DNA of 10,551 nt from Chlamydiota bacterium. GTDB taxonomy: Bacteria; Chlamydiota; Chlamydiia; Chlamydiales; SM23-39. The position numbers and the translations under genes were made by a program. Of the stretch, positions 7,227 to 10,551 are shown piece after piece. A model generated the notes under the pieces. It saw only the letters and a list, made by a program, of their open reading frames with translations. It made no database searches and was not told where the DNA came from. The stretch covers positions 1 to 10,551 of the forward strand of contig JBCDEZ010000042.1 in the NCBI GenBank assembly GCA_039179045.1. The letters are read 5' to 3'. Numbering within the stretch: position 1 is the first letter of the stretch; each line of letters opens with the position of its first letter.

Positions 7227-8438
7227 ATGGAGGTCTCCTTGCTCTCTTCTCGCGAAGCTGCCTTTCTAGCCATTGCTCAATTTGAGCAGATTCCCATTCA
7301 TGAAGCTTTGGACATCCAAAGCGAGCAGATTGAAAACCTCTCCTTTGCGCGTGAAGTTGCAGCAGGAACCGTAAAACGTCTTCTTACTCTAAAGTATTTT
7401 AGCAAAAGACTTGCTCCCAAGTTGCGCCTCAACCATCGAGAAAAAGCGCTGTTTTTTTCTGCTCTTTACCAACATGTATTTATGGATTCGGTGCCGCTCT
7501 ATGCGATCGTTGATGAGACAACGACGCTCGCGAAAAAATACTTTGGGAAGAAAAAAGGGTCTTTTTTTCACGCGCTTTTGCGGCGGCTCGAAGAGTTTGT
7601 CCCTGAAGTTCCTGGGAGGAAGAATGCATTTGATCTCTCTTTGCGTCTCTCTTACCCCCCCTATTTCATCAAAAAAATGTTGGAGGAGTACGGGGCAAGG
7701 GTGACGATTGATCTTCTCGAGGTTATGAACGCCCCTAGCCAGGTGATGGGGCGCTTTTTTGGGGGAAAAGCGCCTTTCTCTCTCCGTAAGGTCTACAAAA
7801 ACGTCTATGATGTGGGTAACTCGGTCCGCTCTTATGCGAACAGTCCTGAGGTTTATCTACAAAATGCAACGCCTGTATTTCTTTTTGATGCTCTGAGGCA
7901 ACACTTGTCCATACCCCCCTCTTCAGTTTTGGATCTCTGCGCTTCTCCTGGGGGGAAGCTTCTTCTTGCAGCGGAATATTTTCCCGAAGCTCATCTGCAT
8001 GCAAATGATGTATCGGAAAAGAAGTTGTGTCGGTTGAAAGAAAATTTGGAAAAGTACCAAGTGCGAGCTAGCGTTTTTCAGCAAAGAGGGGAGCTTTTTC
8101 AATCCGATCAAAAATACGATTTGATCCTGGTAGACGCGCCTTGCTCCAACTCAGGTGTTTATCACAAGCGCGTTGAGGCCAGGTGGCGCTTTTCCCCTAC
8201 AGCACTAGAAGAGCTAAGCGATTTGCAGGCCGAAATTCTGGAAAGGGCCGCTTCTCTTCTCGCTCCAGGGGGGCAGCTTTGGTATATGAGCTGCTCGATC
8301 CTCCAAGAAGAAAATGAGGAGACTATCGAGTTCGCAGATTCTCTTGCTCTTACGTGCCTTCACCAAGAAAAAGTGCTTCCAAACCGGAAAGGATGGGATG
8401 GAGGGTTTGCCTGTTCGTTTATACGCAAACCTGCATAG
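7227..8438 (+). CDS. rsmB: 16S rRNA m5C methyltransferase RsmB/Sun (NusB-like N-domain + NOL1/NOP2/Sun domain), 403 aa
   Basis: NusB-like segment (EVAAGTVKR..ALYQ..FMDSVPLYAIVDET), SAM motif LDLCASPGGK, ILVDAPCSNSG, YMSCS..EENEE, GWDGGF. ATG 7227 is preferred over GTG 7182, which lies inside the hairpin. Confidence 0.9.
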   Translation: MEVSLLSSREAAFLAIAQFEQIPIHEALDIQSEQIENLSFAREVAAGTVKRLLTLKYFSKRLAPKLRLNHREKALFFSALYQHVFMDSVPLYAIVDETTTLAKKYFGKKKGSFFHALLRRLEEFVPEVPGRKNAFDLSLRLSYPPYFIKKMLEEYGARVTIDLLEVMNAPSQVMGRFFGGKAPFSLRKVYKNVYDVGNSVRSYANSPEVYLQNATPVFLFDALRQHLSIPPSSVLDLCASPGGKLLLAAEYFPEAHLHANDVSEKKLCRLKENLEKYQVRASVFQQRGELFQSDQKYDLILVDAPCSNSGVYHKRVEARWRFSPTALEELSDLQAEILERAASLLAPGGQLWYMSCSILQEENEETIEFADSLALTCLHQEKVLPNRKGWDGGFACSFIRKPA

Positions 8439-8588
8439 GCTCCTCAAAATATTTCTCAAGAAAAGAACAAAGCCAGATATGTTTCCAGTAAGAGGAATTT
8501 CCAGTTGTGAATCATCAACAATTCCCTGTCCTCAGGCCAGATAATGGAGTGATGGGTTTTTAGGCCGCTAGGTGTATCCCACATTCCA

Positions 8589-8609
8589 TATCCCTTCGCA
8601 AGGGGGATA
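8589..8609. terminator. Hairpin in the rsmB / ABC-F convergent spacer
   Basis: TATCCCTT-CGCAA-GGGGGATA stem with G.U pairs on the + strand. It is followed by an A-run rather than a U-run, so terminator function is uncertain. Confidence 0.3.
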
Positions 8610-8900
8610 AAAAAACCTGATTTTTTCTGAAGAAAATGAATGTACTTAGGTATTTTTGCCCCCTGATTGCAACTCTCTCTCTTTATTGCAAAGGAGAAGT
8701 GATGGAAGAGTACCAGAGCAAATGATACATCTGCTGATAATGGTATATTGACAAAACGCTCATACCAAAAGTATTCGCATGAGCAATGCTAAACATATTG
8801 ATATGTATAAAGGAGCTCCTGCTGAGGTTAAAGCAAAGATTATTTTACATAGTAATGATTTTTTGCAGAAACAGTTCTGTATACTGTACTAACATGTTAG

Positions 8901-10328
8901 CTAAAAAATTATTCTCCCATCAACAATTGTATAATTATGATTGATCTCTATGGCTTCAAGAAAATCTTCTTCGTGGGAGACAATGATCATGCTACCTGGG
9001 TATTTTTTCAAAACCTGAATTACATGTTCCTTAGTTTCCAAATCAAGATTATTGGTAATTTCATCTAAAATTAATAGCCGTGGTGGTTTAGCTGCGATCA
9101 TGCCTAGCGATAAGCGCGCCTTTTCACCACCAGAAAGATTAGCTGCAACCTGCATTACTTCCTCATTTTTTCTAAATAAAAAATGATTTAGGTGACGTCG
9201 AGCTTCCATTTCAGTCCAATCTGGCCGGAGATCTTGTATATGCTGGATCACCGATAAATCAGGCTGTAGATTGGAGTAATGCTGATCTAAGTAACCAATA
9301 TGAGCGACGCGCGGCAGATACCAATCGCCCGTTTTGAAGATTTCATCTTTACCTAAAATTGCTTTGAGTAGTGTGGATTTTCCAGAAGCATTTTTGCCAC
9401 TAATTGCAATGCGTTCCCTTCCGCCTACGGCCAAGCTAATATTTTTTAGAATAATTTTATCTGCCGCATACCCGATACTGGCGTCACTTATTGACAGTAA
9501 GTTCACGGAGCTAATGCTCTCTGGCATAATTGAAAATTTCGGCAAAATAATTTCAGGCAATTTTAAATCCGAAAGCTGATCAGTTAATTGCTGTTTCTTT
9601 TTATCGATCGCTGATTTTTTCTTACCGGATGTTTGTTCGGCTCTAAGTGCTTTGGATTTGCTTACACTAGTGGGCCATTTTCTCTGATCGATACTTTTTT
9701 GCCCCTTAGCCCTACTTCTAGCCGCACGCTTTTGCTCTTTCATCAAAGCATTGTGGGTGTCTTTTTTCTCGCGTTTAAGCGATGCCCATTTTTTCTCAAT
9801 CGAGGCGCGTTTTTGCTCCATTTCCCGCATATAATCATCATATGATCCGGTAAACTCGTGAATTCTATTATTCGCAATATGCCATAAGGTATCAATGCAG
9901 TTACGGAGCAGTTCTGTATCATGGCTAACAACAATCAATGTACCTTGATATCTCTTTAGCATTTGTATCAAGCTTTTGCGATTATCCTTATCCAGATGGT
10001 TCGTGGGCTCATCAAGAAGCAATAAATCTGGGAACTGTGCTAGAACTTCAGATACCCTCTTGTTCAGTCTTTGGCCGCCACTTAAATCCTTGAAGTCGTG
10101 AATTGTTTGCTCGACATAGCCTATACCAACATCATCTGGAATAGTGATAGCACCACCTGACGGAGATAATTTGCCGCGCAAGATATTCAGCAAGCTTGAT
10201 TTGCCACTACCGTTTCTACCAATAATAGCAATACGGCTGCCTGGATAGATTGCGCTTGAAAAATCTTCAAAACAGGTTTTGTTTGAAAAAGAAAGGCTAA
10301 TGTCTTTAAGGGAAATGGGTTTACGCAT
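8901..10328 (-). CDS. ABC-F family ATP-binding protein (ribosome-associated; ARE/Msr/Vga-like architecture), 475 aa
   Basis: Two ABC domains (GRNGSGKS/LSGGQ/LLLLDEPTNHLD/VVSHD and GKNASGKST/LSGGE/LILDEITNNLD/IVSHE), no TM segments, and a long charged helical linker starting at GSYDDY. Confidence 0.93.
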   Translation of the reverse strand: MRKPISLKDISLSFSNKTCFEDFSSAIYPGSRIAIIGRNGSGKSSLLNILRGKLSPSGGAITIPDDVGIGYVEQTIHDFKDLSGGQRLNKRVSEVLAQFPDLLLLDEPTNHLDKDNRKSLIQMLKRYQGTLIVVSHDTELLRNCIDTLWHIANNRIHEFTGSYDDYMREMEQKRASIEKKWASLKREKKDTHNALMKEQKRAARSRAKGQKSIDQRKWPTSVSKSKALRAEQTSGKKKSAIDKKKQQLTDQLSDLKLPEIILPKFSIMPESISSVNLLSISDASIGYAADKIILKNISLAVGGRERIAISGKNASGKSTLLKAILGKDEIFKTGDWYLPRVAHIGYLDQHYSNLQPDLSVIQHIQDLRPDWTEMEARRHLNHFLFRKNEEVMQVAANLSGGEKARLSLGMIAAKPPRLLILDEITNNLDLETKEHVIQVLKKYPGSMIIVSHEEDFLEAIEINHNYTIVDGRIIF

Positions 10329-10330
10329 AA

Positions 10331-10398
10331 TGGTCTCTAAAATCTTTAAGGGTTTAAATTCTCATGGGCCTTGTTGAAAAAATCAGATTTTCAGACCA
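10331..10398 (-). promoter_or_regulatory. Candidate translational attenuator: RBS-occluding stem enclosing uORF MRI* (10354-10365)
   Basis: mRNA UGGUCU-G-AAAAUCU (10398-10385) pairs with AGAUUUU-AG-AGACCA (10345-10331), ending 2 nt before the ABC-F AUG. AUG AGA AUU UAA lies in the loop. Confidence 0.45.
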
Positions 10399-10475
10399 AC
10401 TAGGACTATCCTTGAAGATTTTCTAGCTCTCGGTTCTCATCATTTGATTCATCATCAGGCATTTTAAGTAACCTT

Positions 10476-10550
10476 CTACTCTTTGAGTACTTGGGTTATA
10501 TGATGAACGAGTGGGTCGATCAGAGAGAACGAACTGCTGATGCTCTCGAT
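10476..10550 (-). CDS. Possible 3' end of an upstream gene (...IESISSSFSLIDPLVHHITQVLKE*), partial
   Basis: Open frame from the window edge to TAG at 10476-10478. An alternative frame stays open to 10423, so the frame is uncertain. Confidence 0.3.
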   Translation of the reverse strand: MESISSSFSLIDPLVHHITQVLKE

Positions 10551-10551
10551 C

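Noticed and set aside
8901..10328. Naming the ABC-F msr, vga, lsa, ettA or uup
   Set aside because: The subfamily cannot be assigned from motifs alone and resistance is untested.

Overview
Bacterial chromosomal fragment, probably from an environmental Chlamydiae-like or other intracellular lineage. This taxonomy is inferred from gene style and not proven. Left to right: a perfect 59-bp inverted repeat cut by the window edge that duplicates the 3' end of a 537-aa effector-like gene; that gene; a Bcs1-like IspD/TarI-SDR fusion (probable CDP-ribitol synthase); a secreted S10 serine carboxypeptidase divergent from an outer-membrane beta-barrel gene; a GT25 glycosyltransferase; a small secreted charged protein; rsmB/sun; an AT-rich spacer; and an AT-richer, arm-less ABC-F ATPase of antibiotic-resistance-like architecture. 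The ABC-F leader contains an RBS-occluding stem with a 3-codon uORF (MRI*) in its loop. No rRNA, tRNA, CRISPR array or transposase was seen. Several ORF-track starts were shortened on RBS, promoter or motif evidence.
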